A stretch of 64,000 bases of DNA from a phage, in sequence record PZ445524.1, one strand, 5' to 3'. Of this stretch, positions 1 through 12,055 are shown one piece after another. The notes below the pieces were generated by a model, which was not told where the DNA came from, did not search any database, and saw only the letters and a program-made list of their open reading frames with translations. Every line of letters starts with the position of its first letter. The first letter of the stretch is position 1. The position numbers and the translations under genes are program-made.

Positions 1-48
1 CTTTTTGTTAACAGATGAATTAATAATAACAAATAATTCTTAAAGCAT

Positions 49-357
49 TTATTTACCAATAAATTGAAGCAAATGCTCAACTTTCATACCATTAACAGAA
101 ATCAATTTGTCAATAGAAAAACCTCGCCATGCACCAAGCTCAACATCAAATACTGGAATCATGTCAGTAGATTCTTTCCGAGTAGATTCAGTCAATTTAC
201 CAGTTTGCATGGTTGGCATAAAGTCTGCATCACGAGTACCTTTCATAGTACGAATAGTACCATCAGACTTTTCAAAAACTACGTTTGAAACACCCATGGA
301 CAATTTAGTTTTCAAAATTTCACGAATTGCTACTTTCTGCTCAGTTGTTAGTTTCAT
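49..357 (-). CDS. hypothetical early protein (102 aa)
   Basis: ATG at 355-357, weak SD; stop of upstream ORF abuts start (TAAATG); lies downstream of cd. Confidence 0.55.
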   Translation of the reverse strand: MKLTTEQKVAIREILKTKLSMGVSNVVFEKSDGTIRTMKGTRDADFMPTMQTGKLTESTRKESTDMIPVFDVELGAWRGFSIDKLISVNGMKVEHLLQFIGK

Positions 358-594
358 TTATTTACCTATTACAGTTTTAATATGAGTTGTTCCACGTTCT
401 TTAAGGGTGGAAAGTAATTTTTGGCATTTTTCTAAATCAGATTTCCAACTATATGGTTTATCAATACAAACCCAATTTGTCTTATAATACTGTTTCCATT
501 TAGAGAAAAAATATTTCTTATACTCTACAGCAAACGAGATGTTCTCATTAGAATAAGAACTAATTGCTGTGAGCTTTACCAAACGAAATTTCAT
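358..594 (-). CDS. hypothetical early protein (78 aa)
   Basis: ATG overlaps cd stop by 1 nt (TAATG). Confidence 0.5.
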   Translation of the reverse strand: MKFRLVKLTAISSYSNENISFAVEYKKYFFSKWKQYYKTNWVCIDKPYSWKSDLEKCQKLLSTLKERGTTHIKTVIGK

Positions 595-1175
595 TATTCA
601 CCACAGAATTCGTTGATATTTTCCCAATTTAACTTATTCAAGTTTTTCTTAGGAACATTGAACACTTCAATACCCGCATTTCGCAGAATATCATCCCAGC
701 CAGGTTTATTTTTATCATATGTTTCGCAATAAACCAGCTTTTTAATTCCAGATTGAGCTATCGCTTTTGCGCAATCCGGACATGGAGAAAGTGTTACATA
801 CATAGTAGCACCTTCAATTGAAGAACCGTTTCGTGCAGCAAACAAAATTGCATTTAGTTCAGCATGAATTTCATTTTTAGATGACCATTCCGAGTGAGCG
901 CTGCGGTGTTCTTTCGCCAAAACAAAACGATCAGTTGAACCAAATGATACGCATTCAGGCTTATGACCTTGAATGATAGTATGTTTAGGCTTATTCAACA
1001 ACCAACCTTGCTCAGCAGCATAATCACAACAGTTCACTCCCCCTGCGGGTGAACCATTATACCCAGTAGAAATAATACGTCCATTCTTTTCAATTACTGC
1101 TCCTACCTTCCAGGAGCAACATTTTGATTCCTGCGATACTAAATATGCAATTTGAAGTACTGTACTCGCTTTCAT
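594..1175 (-). CDS. cd: dCMP deaminase
   Basis: 193 aa; zinc-binding cytidine/dCMP deaminase motifs HAELNA and SPCPDCAKAI. Confidence 0.9.
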   Translation of the reverse strand: MKASTVLQIAYLVSQESKCCSWKVGAVIEKNGRIISTGYNGSPAGGVNCCDYAAEQGWLLNKPKHTIIQGHKPECVSFGSTDRFVLAKEHRSAHSEWSSKNEIHAELNAILFAARNGSSIEGATMYVTLSPCPDCAKAIAQSGIKKLVYCETYDKNKPGWDDILRNAGIEVFNVPKKNLNKLNWENINEFCGE

Positions 1176-1510
1176 TTCATAATCACCAGATAAGCAGATT
1201 TAGCAGTTTCAACACGATAAATTTCGTGACGAAGTTTAGTTATACTTTTAATAACAGAACTAATTATATTCTGCCCATCTTTAAAGCGGTTTTTCTTATC
1301 AATAAAAACTGCGCCAGTCATCTTTTTGTGAAGCTCAATTGGATACTTCGTCACAATAATAGCATCATACACAGAAGGATGAATACTATTCACCAGAGTA
1401 TCATTCATTAAAGTTATTCTAATGAACTTTGCTGTTTCAGAGTCAAGCGCTCTATGATCACCAGTATCATTTTTAAGACAATTATCAATTATATCAGTTA
1501 AATTCATCAT
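1172..1510 (-). CDS. hypothetical protein (112 aa)
   Basis: ATGA overlap with cd start; co-oriented. Confidence 0.55.
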   Translation of the reverse strand: MMNLTDIIDNCLKNDTGDHRALDSETAKFIRITLMNDTLVNSIHPSVYDAIIVTKYPIELHKKMTGAVFIDKKNRFKDGQNIISSVIKSITKLRHEIYRVETAKSAYLVIMK

Positions 1511-1746
1511 AGTACGCCATACACCCTTTGTGCTTCAACTAATCCATCAAAATCCAATTTAAGATGCGATATTTGATCGCCATCGCCTGGATTCACAATT
1601 ACTAATACTGAACGAGGAGTTTCGGTAATAACACGAACCGATGTTTCAGGAAATCGTTCAGAAACCTTATTTACCAATTCCTGTGCAAATAGCTTAACTT
1701 TTTCTTGGAATTCTTTAACAGTAATCGGTTTTTCACTTAGCAGCAT
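1507..1746 (-). CDS. hypothetical protein (79 aa)
   Basis: ATG at 1744-1746 preceded by GAGGAAA SD; early promoter upstream. Confidence 0.55.
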   Translation of the reverse strand: MLLSEKPITVKEFQEKVKLFAQELVNKVSERFPETSVRVITETPRSVLVIVNPGDGDQISHLKLDFDGLVEAQRVYGVL

Positions 1747-1770
1747 TTTGTTTTCCTCATTTGTTTGGTA

Positions 1771-1805
1771 GAGCTATAATATCACAACTCTACCGTAAAG
1801 TAAAC
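1771..1805 (-). promoter_or_regulatory. early promoter (GTTTAC -35, TATTAT -10)
   Basis: - strand GTTTAC, ~18-nt spacer, TATTAT, then SD and ATG of ORF 1507..1746. Confidence 0.55.
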
Positions 1806-1807
1806 TA

Positions 1808-2083
1808 TTAAATTGCTTTGAATTCTGCTGTCTGCGATTCAAAACGAATATCGCCTTTGATGACTAGCTCAGCATCAAGACCGAATACAACAATGATATG
1901 CGCGGAACCTGGATACAGCGTAATGGCAACAGAATCCACCTGGTCTGGAAGCAAAGTGTTCAATACATGAGTCACTTGAGCATGGATTCGAAGCTCAGCT
2001 GCGTTATCAAGTTTTTCAAACATATTATTAGCGATAATTTGGCTAAACACTACTTCTACGATTTTAGAGTAAGTCGGAAACAT
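1808..2083 (-). CDS. hypothetical protein (91 aa)
   Basis: ATG with GAGGT SD. Confidence 0.5.
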   Translation of the reverse strand: MFPTYSKIVEVVFSQIIANNMFEKLDNAAELRIHAQVTHVLNTLLPDQVDSVAITLYPGSAHIIVVFGLDAELVIKGDIRFESQTAEFKAI

Positions 2084-2147
2084 ATTTACCTCACATAATT
2101 TTCTTCAAGCCAATTAATAATATCCCAAGTTTTATGATGCAAAGCCA

Positions 2148-3276
<1,129 letters not shown>

Positions 3277-3280
<4 letters not shown>

Positions 3281-3576
3281 TTACATTTATCCTCTTTTAA
3301 CTCTTGACGATAATAACATATCATAGTTTTCTGGTCATGTACATATCGTTTTACATCATTAAGCCAAATACGAAATTCCTGAGAATCTTCAAATGGCATA
3401 CCGACCCAAGCTTTACCATCGATAACTTTAACTTGCCAAGATAGTTTAGCTTCATCATATGACTTTATTTGTACAGGCCAATTAGGATGAACTGTTTCTT
3501 TCTTTACTTCTAGAGGCTTTGTCGAACAACCAACTAGAAGACCAATAGATAATATTACTGCTGATAGTTTAATCAT
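3277..3576 (-). CDS. putative lipoprotein (99 aa)
   Basis: N-terminal signal peptide with lipobox LLVGC. Confidence 0.55.
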
Positions 3577-3926
3577 TTAGAAAGGTCCTGGATGTCTTCT
3601 GCGAACTTGTTGAAGGAGTTGTTGATTTGTTTTTCAACCAATCCTGGCTTATGAGCCACCACATCCGCCTTCTTTGCATCTTTGCGCAGTTTTTCATTTT
3701 CACGCTCAATAGCAGCAATTGCCTCACGATTTTTAGTATTCATCGCATCAATATAATTATACTGAATTCGCAAATTATTTAATGCTAAGGCGTTTTCATT
3801 GGCCGTTTTTGTAATTTCTACAACAGACGTTTCTAATCTTTCAATTTTATTTTTTAAAATTAAAGAAGTTCCGCCTAATGCAATTACAATTAATAGCAAA
3901 CCTGCTGTCGTATTACTTAATTGCAT
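3573..3926 (-). CDS. membrane-anchored coiled-coil protein (117 aa)
   Basis: N-terminal hydrophobic segment then charged heptad-like sequence. Confidence 0.55.
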   Translation of the reverse strand: MQLSNTTAGLLLIVIALGGTSLILKNKIERLETSVVEITKTANENALALNNLRIQYNYIDAMNTKNREAIAAIERENEKLRKDAKKADVVAHKPGLVEKQINNSFNKFAEDIQDLSK

Positions 3927-4420
3927 AAAGTTTTAATAACCTCTATAATATCGTCTTGAGAAAGACCGTTAATTAAAATATGATGTTCAGCTGGAGATTT
4001 AGAAATTTTAAAGCATGCCGCAACATCTTCTGCCATATCTGATGCACTACGATTTGGATTACTAATTCCAAGACGATGCTTTCCAGTCAAAGGATTGACG
4101 ATGATATAGCATTTGCAGCTATTGATATGAACATTAGGTTGAGTCTGATTAATGAATACTTCGCACTCATACTTAGCGAGTTGATTTTCTAAAAAGACTT
4201 TCATCTCTTCAACCGCATCAGGAAGCATATCACGGGCTTGCTCAAGACGACGATTTCGATATTCTTTAATGGTCGTTTTCCGCTTGACTTGCTTAGCTAA
4301 ATCTTTCTTAAGATCAGTGATATATCCAACTCGACGATTTCCTTTGAATACAGAAATCCCATCTGTAGTATCACCGTATGCTTCAACGACCATTTCAGTA
4401 GTAATAAGTTGTAAATCCAT
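3917..4420 (-). CDS. alc: putative Alc (host transcription unfolding/termination protein)
   Basis: 167-168 aa ORF at the position between pseT and rnlA expected from T4 gene order; assignment is positional. Confidence 0.6.
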   Translation of the reverse strand: MDLQLITTEMVVEAYGDTTDGISVFKGNRRVGYITDLKKDLAKQVKRKTTIKEYRNRRLEQARDMLPDAVEEMKVFLENQLAKYECEVFINQTQPNVHINSCKCYIIVNPLTGKHRLGISNPNRSASDMAEDVAACFKISKSPAEHHILINGLSQDDIIEVIKTLCN

Positions 4421-4484
4421 CATAAAGTCCTCATGTTATGTCAGTAAGACTACTATAACACAACACGAGGGACTTGTAAACAGC

Positions 4485-6072
<1,588 letters not shown>

Positions 6073-6099
6073 AATAAAATGGGCCTTGCGGCCCACTCC

Positions 6100-8367
6100 T
6101 TAAAAGTATTTTTTAAAACTCATCATAACTTTATCATCAACATCATTATCAATCTGTGCAACAAGGTAAGATGACAGTTCTACTTCTTGTGGCGCGGATT
6201 GAACATTATCAGAATTAAGATATTCACGAATCCAAGGATATGGATGTTTAACCGGAGCATCGGTAATTGGGCATGGAAGACCACACTGTTTCATACGAGA
6301 TACAGTTAAGTAATCAATAAAGCTCCACATGCTATTTGTATTTAATCCAGGAACATCGCCATCTTTAAATAAATGAACTGCCCAATCTTTTTCTTGGCGG
6401 TTAACTTCCATGAAAATATCAACTGCTTCTTGTTCACACTCTTGAGCAATTTTAACCCATTCATCGCCATCAGTACCGGATTGAAGTTGACGAATAATAT
6501 ATTGAGTGCCTTTAAGGTGAAGCTGCTCATCACGTGCAATGAACTTCATAATCTTGGCATTACCTTCCATGATTTCCATGTTCTTATGGAAGTTAAAGGT
6601 ACCGTATGTTCGATTGAGCTCGCTAATTCTCAACCCGTTCTCTTATGAACTGCTGCATGTTACCATGCAGTCCAGACTATATCACAATCCCGGAGGGATT
6701 CTCCCCATTTCGAGTCGCTTGACCCTACGTCCGAAGACTAGTCGTTGAACCTTGCTTTGCAATTGTCGCCGTGCCATCGTTTATATGTTGATGGTGATAA
6801 ATCTTTCTTACCACAATATGGACAATTCAATTGAATTCTATTTGGATTTAATTTACATCTGTCATTATGTTTTAGATAAAATCCAGGACCTTTACCAATG
6901 TGACCACAGAAATCACATGTGATTTCTTTTTGTGCAGGATGGGTCCCGTTCTTAACCATTTCTAATGTTTTTGCTGATGTTCTTTTCTTATGGTCTTCTG
7001 ATAAGAAATGATGTGAACCGTCATTTACCCGTTTTGATTGAGTTTCTGACTGCATTTTACCACCGCAAAATACATGAGTACCTTCTTTTATAGCTGCAAT
7101 ATTGCGTTCTTTAACTTTTGCAATATGCTCAGCTTGTTGAAAATTATGTATACCTAATGCAACTCTATTTAAATTAGATTTACGCTGTATTTCACCATCT
7201 AAAAGATGAAATGTACCATTTTCTATCTTAGATTTAATAGAGGCAATATTTTTAGCTCGTACTTCAGGGATATTAAAAATCTGGATTTCTCTAGATTTTG
7301 CGGCTTTAGAAGCTAATTCAGAAATTTCTTCAGGAGAATATTTCATTCTAAGCTTTATAGCATGACAAGCCTGGTAATCTTTTTGAGCTAAATGTATATC
7401 ATAATGTTCCTGTATAGAAAGGCACATCAAATTATCTAAATCATTATTTTCACGGTTACCGTCTTTATGATGGATTTCGTATGTTCTTCCATCAGAATCT
7501 TTAGGTATAGGTCCGTTAGCATCTATCCAAATTTTTCTATAGTTCAATTGTGCATCCTCTTAAAAGTATAATCATATTTATATTATACTAATTAAAGGTG
7601 CAAGCAAAACCTTGGCTGCTAGTTTTCCATAAAGGACTTTCCAGCAATTAAAGGAGTTTTCGATAAACGTTACCGTTTAAAGGCGCATTTTACGCAAAAG
7701 ATACATAAAAACGAATAGCTTCCAATGCGTTGATTACATGGAGGCAAAGGTAAAGAGATTTCATTAAAGCACGTTTAGCTTCGGCTTCTTGTTTAATAGC
7801 TCGGTTTAAACGAAAGACGGCATCAGGAGATTCTTTAGCTAGTTCTACAAATTCTTTAGCATTTTCCCATTCACGGGTTTTAATCAGAACATCATCATAA
7901 TAACGCCCAATGGATTCAGCACGTTTCATAATAGCTTCATCTAATACAATCTCATCAAATACCTTCGATGGATCAGTATAAAGATTTCGCATGATATGTG
8001 TATATGAACGGCTGTGAATAGTTTCACTAAAAGTCCACGTAGCAACCCATGTATCAAGACTTGGGTCTGAAATTAATGACATAAGTACAGCAGATGGCGC
8101 ACGACCCTGAATGCTATCCAAAAGTGATTGATACTTCAGGTTGTTAGTAAAAATATTTTGCTGATACTGAGGAAGCTTATTAAACTGTGCAGCATCCATC
8201 ATTAAGTTTACTTCTTCCGGGCGCCAGAAAAATGATAATTGCTTTTCGGTCAAATCTTCAAAAACTTTATGGCGTTGAATGTCATAACGCGCAATACCAA
8301 GACCTGAACCAAAAAACATAGGTTCTTTTAAAACATCAACTGGATTTGTATTAAAAACTGTAGACAT
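6100..8367 (-). CDS. nrdB: ribonucleotide reductase small subunit NrdB, interrupted by a group I intron (exon1 7692..8367, exon2 6100..6602)
   Basis: Exon 1 ends FYVSFA + U; joining to 6602 restores CTFNFHKNMEIMEGNAKIM, colinear with the R2 iron-ligand region; intron 3' nt is G. Confidence 0.85.
6603..7691 (-). mobile_element. group I intron in nrdB (about 1089 nt) carrying an HNH homing endonuclease ORF
   Basis: Exon frames only join across this interval; exon 1 ends in U, intron ends in G; boundaries inferred, not folded. Confidence 0.75.
6738..7547 (-). CDS. intron-encoded HNH homing endonuclease, I-TevIII-like, full length (269 aa)
   Basis: HNH motif EIHHKDGNRENNDLDNLMCLSIQEHYDIH; C-terminal Cys clusters CDFCGH and CPYCG; start is TTG with AAGAGGA SD, no in-frame ATG. 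Confidence 0.8.
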   Translation of the reverse strand: MNYRKIWIDANGPIPKDSDGRTYEIHHKDGNRENNDLDNLMCLSIQEHYDIHLAQKDYQACHAIKLRMKYSPEEISELASKAAKSREIQIFNIPEVRAKNIASIKSKIENGTFHLLDGEIQRKSNLNRVALGIHNFQQAEHIAKVKERNIAAIKEGTHVFCGGKMQSETQSKRVNDGSHHFLSEDHKKRTSAKTLEMVKNGTHPAQKEITCDFCGHIGKGPGFYLKHNDRCKLNPNRIQLNCPYCGKKDLSPSTYKRWHGDNCKARFND

Positions 8368-8401
8368 ATTATTCTCGCTTATTATAGGTTTAAATATTTA
8401 A

Positions 8402-9205
8402 TCACATATTATGTATAAGCACTTCAGTCTGAAATGATGCACCTTTCTTTTGCTTCCTATACATGGTTTCAAAATATTCAATTTTGAAATTATTAGAAAG
8501 GGCCCAATCTTTTAAAATATAATTATTAATATCGTCCGATAGATTATTAGTGATAATAAATTTAGACTTTGACCGTTTAATTTTATCTAATAATTCTAAT
8601 TCATCCTTTTCTTCCCATCCTGAATATTTAAATTTAGTAGAAAGATAAGGCGGGTCAATGAATAAATTTTTGTTTTCAAAATCTAAATCTCTGAATGATT
8701 TATTACTAAATGTAAATCGGTGTTGTCTATTTTTAAATTCAGAAAATTTATCCTGTTGAGACTTATTAAAAGAAGTTCTGGAATACTTGGCTCTGTTGGC
8801 GAAAGCCGCGTTATAGTTCCCATTACTAGAAAATCGGATTAATGAACTGAATGAAAATAAATGTAGAACATAAAGATATAGTCCGTTTTTGGTTTTATCG
8901 TATTCTTTTGACAGATTATAAAAAGGTGCTGAATCTTTGTCATTCAAATTGAAGTCTTCAATAATTTTAACTATATCATTAATTGAAGATGATTTCATCT
9001 TTTTATACATGTCTATAAGAGGAGTATTAATATCATTACATATAACATTTCTTTGACAATTCATAGAAAATCCAAGACCGCCACAAAAAGCATCCAAAAC
9101 GGGCTTATCATCAAAGCAGTTTGAAAATTGTCTAATAAATGGCATATACTTATGCTTTGCACCTGGATATGTTATGGCAGGTAGGTCTTTCATATTATTT
9201 CTCAT
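8402..9205 (-). CDS. DNA N6-adenine methyltransferase, Dam family (alpha class)
   Basis: 267 aa; motif I DAFCGGLG near N-terminus, motif IV DPPY near residue 187; LYLYVLH and WEEKDELELL blocks resemble T4 Dam. Confidence 0.75.
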   Translation of the reverse strand: MRNNMKDLPAITYPGAKHKYMPFIRQFSNCFDDKPVLDAFCGGLGFSMNCQRNVICNDINTPLIDMYKKMKSSSINDIVKIIEDFNLNDKDSAPFYNLSKEYDKTKNGLYLYVLHLFSFSSLIRFSSNGNYNAAFANRAKYSRTSFNKSQQDKFSEFKNRQHRFTFSNKSFRDLDFENKNLFIDPPYLSTKFKYSGWEEKDELELLDKIKRSKSKFIITNNLSDDINNYILKDWALSNNFKIEYFETMYRKQKKGASFQTEVLIHNM

Positions 9206-9237
9206 TTGTTAGTGACTCGTCCGTGAGTCAAATTATA

Positions 9238-11502
9238 TCATAATTTACAGGATGAACAATCTTCAGCTTTTGGAGTTTCTATTTCATAATCATCAGTACC
9301 AGAACCATCACGGGTATTATGATAATAGAAATTTTTAATGCCATAATACCATCCGTATAGCATGTCATCAATCATTATTGACATTGGAACCTTTCCCTTT
9401 GGAAAAATCTGCGGGTCATAGTATGTATTCGCTGAAGCTGATTGACATACCCATTTCAGCATAATAGCTACCTGCGTAAGATAAGGTTTATTACCTTTCT
9501 TAGCTAATTTCCATGTATAATCATATAGGTCTATGTTATGCTCAATATTGGGCACGACTTGATTAAAGGAGCCCTCTTTTGATTCTTTAACAGAGACTGG
9601 TCCACGTGGAGGCTCGATGCCGTTTGTACTGTTAGAAACTTGGGAAGATGACTCACATGGCATAAGTGCTGATAATGTGCTATTACGGATGCCAAATAGC
9701 TTAAGGTCTTCCCGCAGCGACGACCAGTCACAAACGTATTTTGGAGCTGCGATTTGGTCAATCTTTTTATTGTACCAGTCGATAGGTAATTCGCCTCGAG
9801 ACCAACGAGTGTCTGAATAATATTCGCAAGGTCCTTTTTCTTTGGCGAGCTTAATGGATGCTTTAATGAGTCCATACTGTAATCTCTCAAATAGTTCATG
9901 TGTTAAATCGTTAGCATCTTCATAAGAAGCAAAGTTACTTGCCAGCCAAGCTGCATAGTTAGTAACACCTACACCAAGGTTACGACGCTTTTTAGCTTTT
10001 TCTGCTTCAGGAACTGGATATCCTTGGTAATCCAACAGATTATCAAGAGCACGAACTTGAACTTCTGCCAATTCATTAATTTTATCTTGGTCTTGCCAGT
10101 CAAAATTATCCAGTACGAAGGCAGAGAGAGTACACAACCCAATTTCAGCATCAGGACTATTCACATCATTTGTTGGAATAGCAATTTCACAGCACAAGTT
10201 ACTCTGACGAATAGGTGCCTTTTCACGAATAAACGGAGTATAGTTATTCGTATTATCAATGAACTGTACATAAATCCTTGCTGTTCCTGAACGTTCAGTC
10301 ATGAGCAATTCAAATAGTTCACGGGCTTTAATACGCTTTTTACGAATATTAGGGTCTTTTTCTGCTGCTTCGTATAATTCACGGAAACGGTCTTGGTCTT
10401 TAAAATAAGAATAATAAAGCTCTCCACCCATTTCATGCGGACTGAACAAAGTAATGTAATCGTTCTTTCCAAAACGTTCCATCATCAAATCATTCAGTTG
10501 AACGCCATAATCCATATGACGAATGCGGTTTTCTTCTACGCCTTTGTTATTTTTCAAAACGAGAAGATTTTCAACTTCCAAATGCCAAATAGGATAATAA
10601 GCAGTAGCAGCGCCGCCACGAATTCCACCCTGTGAGCATGATTTAACTGCAGTCTGAAAATGTTTCCAAAAAGGAATAACACCGGTATGGCGTACTTCAC
10701 CCATGCCAATCTTAGAACCTTCGGCACGAATCATACCAACGTTAATACCAATTCCAGCGCGTTTAGAGATATATTCAACAATTGAAGCGGAAGCCTTATT
10801 GATAGACTTCAGCGAATCACCTGCCTCAATAACAACACATGAACTAAACTGTCGAGTCGGAGTACGACAACCAGCCATAATAGGAGTTGGCAATGAAATC
10901 TGTCGAGTAGATACTGCTTCATAAAAACGAATAACATGTTTTAATCTATCAACAGGTTCATCTTGATGCAATGCCATTCCAATAGTCATAAATGCAAACT
11001 GTGGAGTTTCATAAATTTGACCAGTGGTTTTATCTTTAACTAGATATTTTTCTTTTAATTGCATCGCCCCGGAATAAGTAAATTCCATATCCCGCTCGTG
11101 CTTAATTTTTGATTCTAAAAATGTAATTTCTTCTGCTGAATATTTTGACAATAATTCAGGGTCATATTTACCTTCATTTACACAGTAAGAAATATGGTCA
11201 ATAAATGAACGTGGTTCATACTGCCCATAAACATGCTTACGAAGAGCGAACATTAAACAGCGTGCAGCTACATATTGATAATCAGGTTCTTCAACCGAAA
11301 TAGAATTCGCAGCAGCCTTAATGACAATAGTCTGAATATCATCAGTTGTCATTCCATCACGGAGATAAGATTTAATATTTTCATATAATTCATAAGGATC
11401 TACTGATGTTCCTTCAGCTGCCCAAGATAAAACTTTAATAATTTTTTGTGGGTCAAAGCTCTGAGAAACACCACTACTTTTGATAACATTAATTAATTGC
11501 AT
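9238..11502 (-). CDS. nrdA: ribonucleotide reductase large subunit
   Basis: 754 aa; class Ia RNR alpha with ATP-cone N-terminus and active-site NLCCEI; SD GAGGA. Confidence 0.95.
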   Translation of the reverse strand: MQLINVIKSSGVSQSFDPQKIIKVLSWAAEGTSVDPYELYENIKSYLRDGMTTDDIQTIVIKAAANSISVEEPDYQYVAARCLMFALRKHVYGQYEPRSFIDHISYCVNEGKYDPELLSKYSAEEITFLESKIKHERDMEFTYSGAMQLKEKYLVKDKTTGQIYETPQFAFMTIGMALHQDEPVDRLKHVIRFYEAVSTRQISLPTPIMAGCRTPTRQFSSCVVIEAGDSLKSINKASASIVEYISKRAGIGINVGMIRAEGSKIGMGEVRHTGVIPFWKHFQTAVKSCSQGGIRGGAATAYYPIWHLEVENLLVLKNNKGVEENRIRHMDYGVQLNDLMMERFGKNDYITLFSPHEMGGELYYSYFKDQDRFRELYEAAEKDPNIRKKRIKARELFELLMTERSGTARIYVQFIDNTNNYTPFIREKAPIRQSNLCCEIAIPTNDVNSPDAEIGLCTLSAFVLDNFDWQDQDKINELAEVQVRALDNLLDYQGYPVPEAEKAKKRRNLGVGVTNYAAWLASNFASYEDANDLTHELFERLQYGLIKASIKLAKEKGPCEYYSDTRWSRGELPIDWYNKKIDQIAAPKYVCDWSSLREDLKLFGIRNSTLSALMPCESSSQVSNSTNGIEPPRGPVSVKESKEGSFNQVVPNIEHNIDLYDYTWKLAKKGNKPYLTQVAIMLKWVCQSASANTYYDPQIFPKGKVPMSIMIDDMLYGWYYGIKNFYYHNTRDGSGTDDYEIETPKAEDCSSCKL

Positions 11503-11819
11503 AAGTCCTCAACTTGAAAATCGTCTTTAAACAATCGGTTAACTATATGAGCTATTATATCACCATGACACGGCTTTGGTTTACATGTGCATCCTAGCCT
11601 CATTCCACGTAAAGGCTCTAAATGTGCTTTAGTTATTTCTCCGGATTTAATTCGACGTATAAAATCTTTTTTGAATAATTCAATGGCAGCCGGGAGGCTG
11701 CCAGCATCTTTACCGACGTAATTTCCCCAAAATGTACCGCGGTGAATATTAACATCAAAGTCGGATTTGTATTTATTCACTACCCGGCATAGACGGCCCA
11801 CGCTGGAATAATTCGTCAT
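11493..11819 (-). CDS. hypothetical protein (108 aa)
   Basis: ATG at 11817-11819; contains [11 protein letters not shown]; overlaps nrdA start. Confidence 0.5.
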
Positions 11820-12036
11820 ATTGTTTTTCCGTTAATACAGTAATATCGTAGTAACAGTCAGAAGAAGTTTTAACTGTGGAAATTTTATTATCAAAATACT
11901 CACGAGTCATTTTATGAGTATAGTATTTTTTACCATAAATGGTAATAGGCTGTTCTGGTCCTGGAACTTCTAACTCGCTCGGGTTAGGAAGTGTAAAAAG
12001 AACTACACCAGAAGTATCTTTAAATCGTAAAATCAT
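11773..12036 (-). CDS. hypothetical protein (87 aa)
   Basis: ATG with GAGGA SD immediately downstream of td exon 2. Confidence 0.5.
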
Positions 12037-12055
12037 ATATCCTCACAATTAATAA

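Noticed and set aside
9531-10924. Plus- and minus-strand ORFs inside nrdA (9531-9899, 9617-9820, 9969-10151, 10024-10290, 10393-10635, 10703-10924)
   Set aside because: Fully contained in nrdA coding sequence in other frames or antisense; no initiation signals
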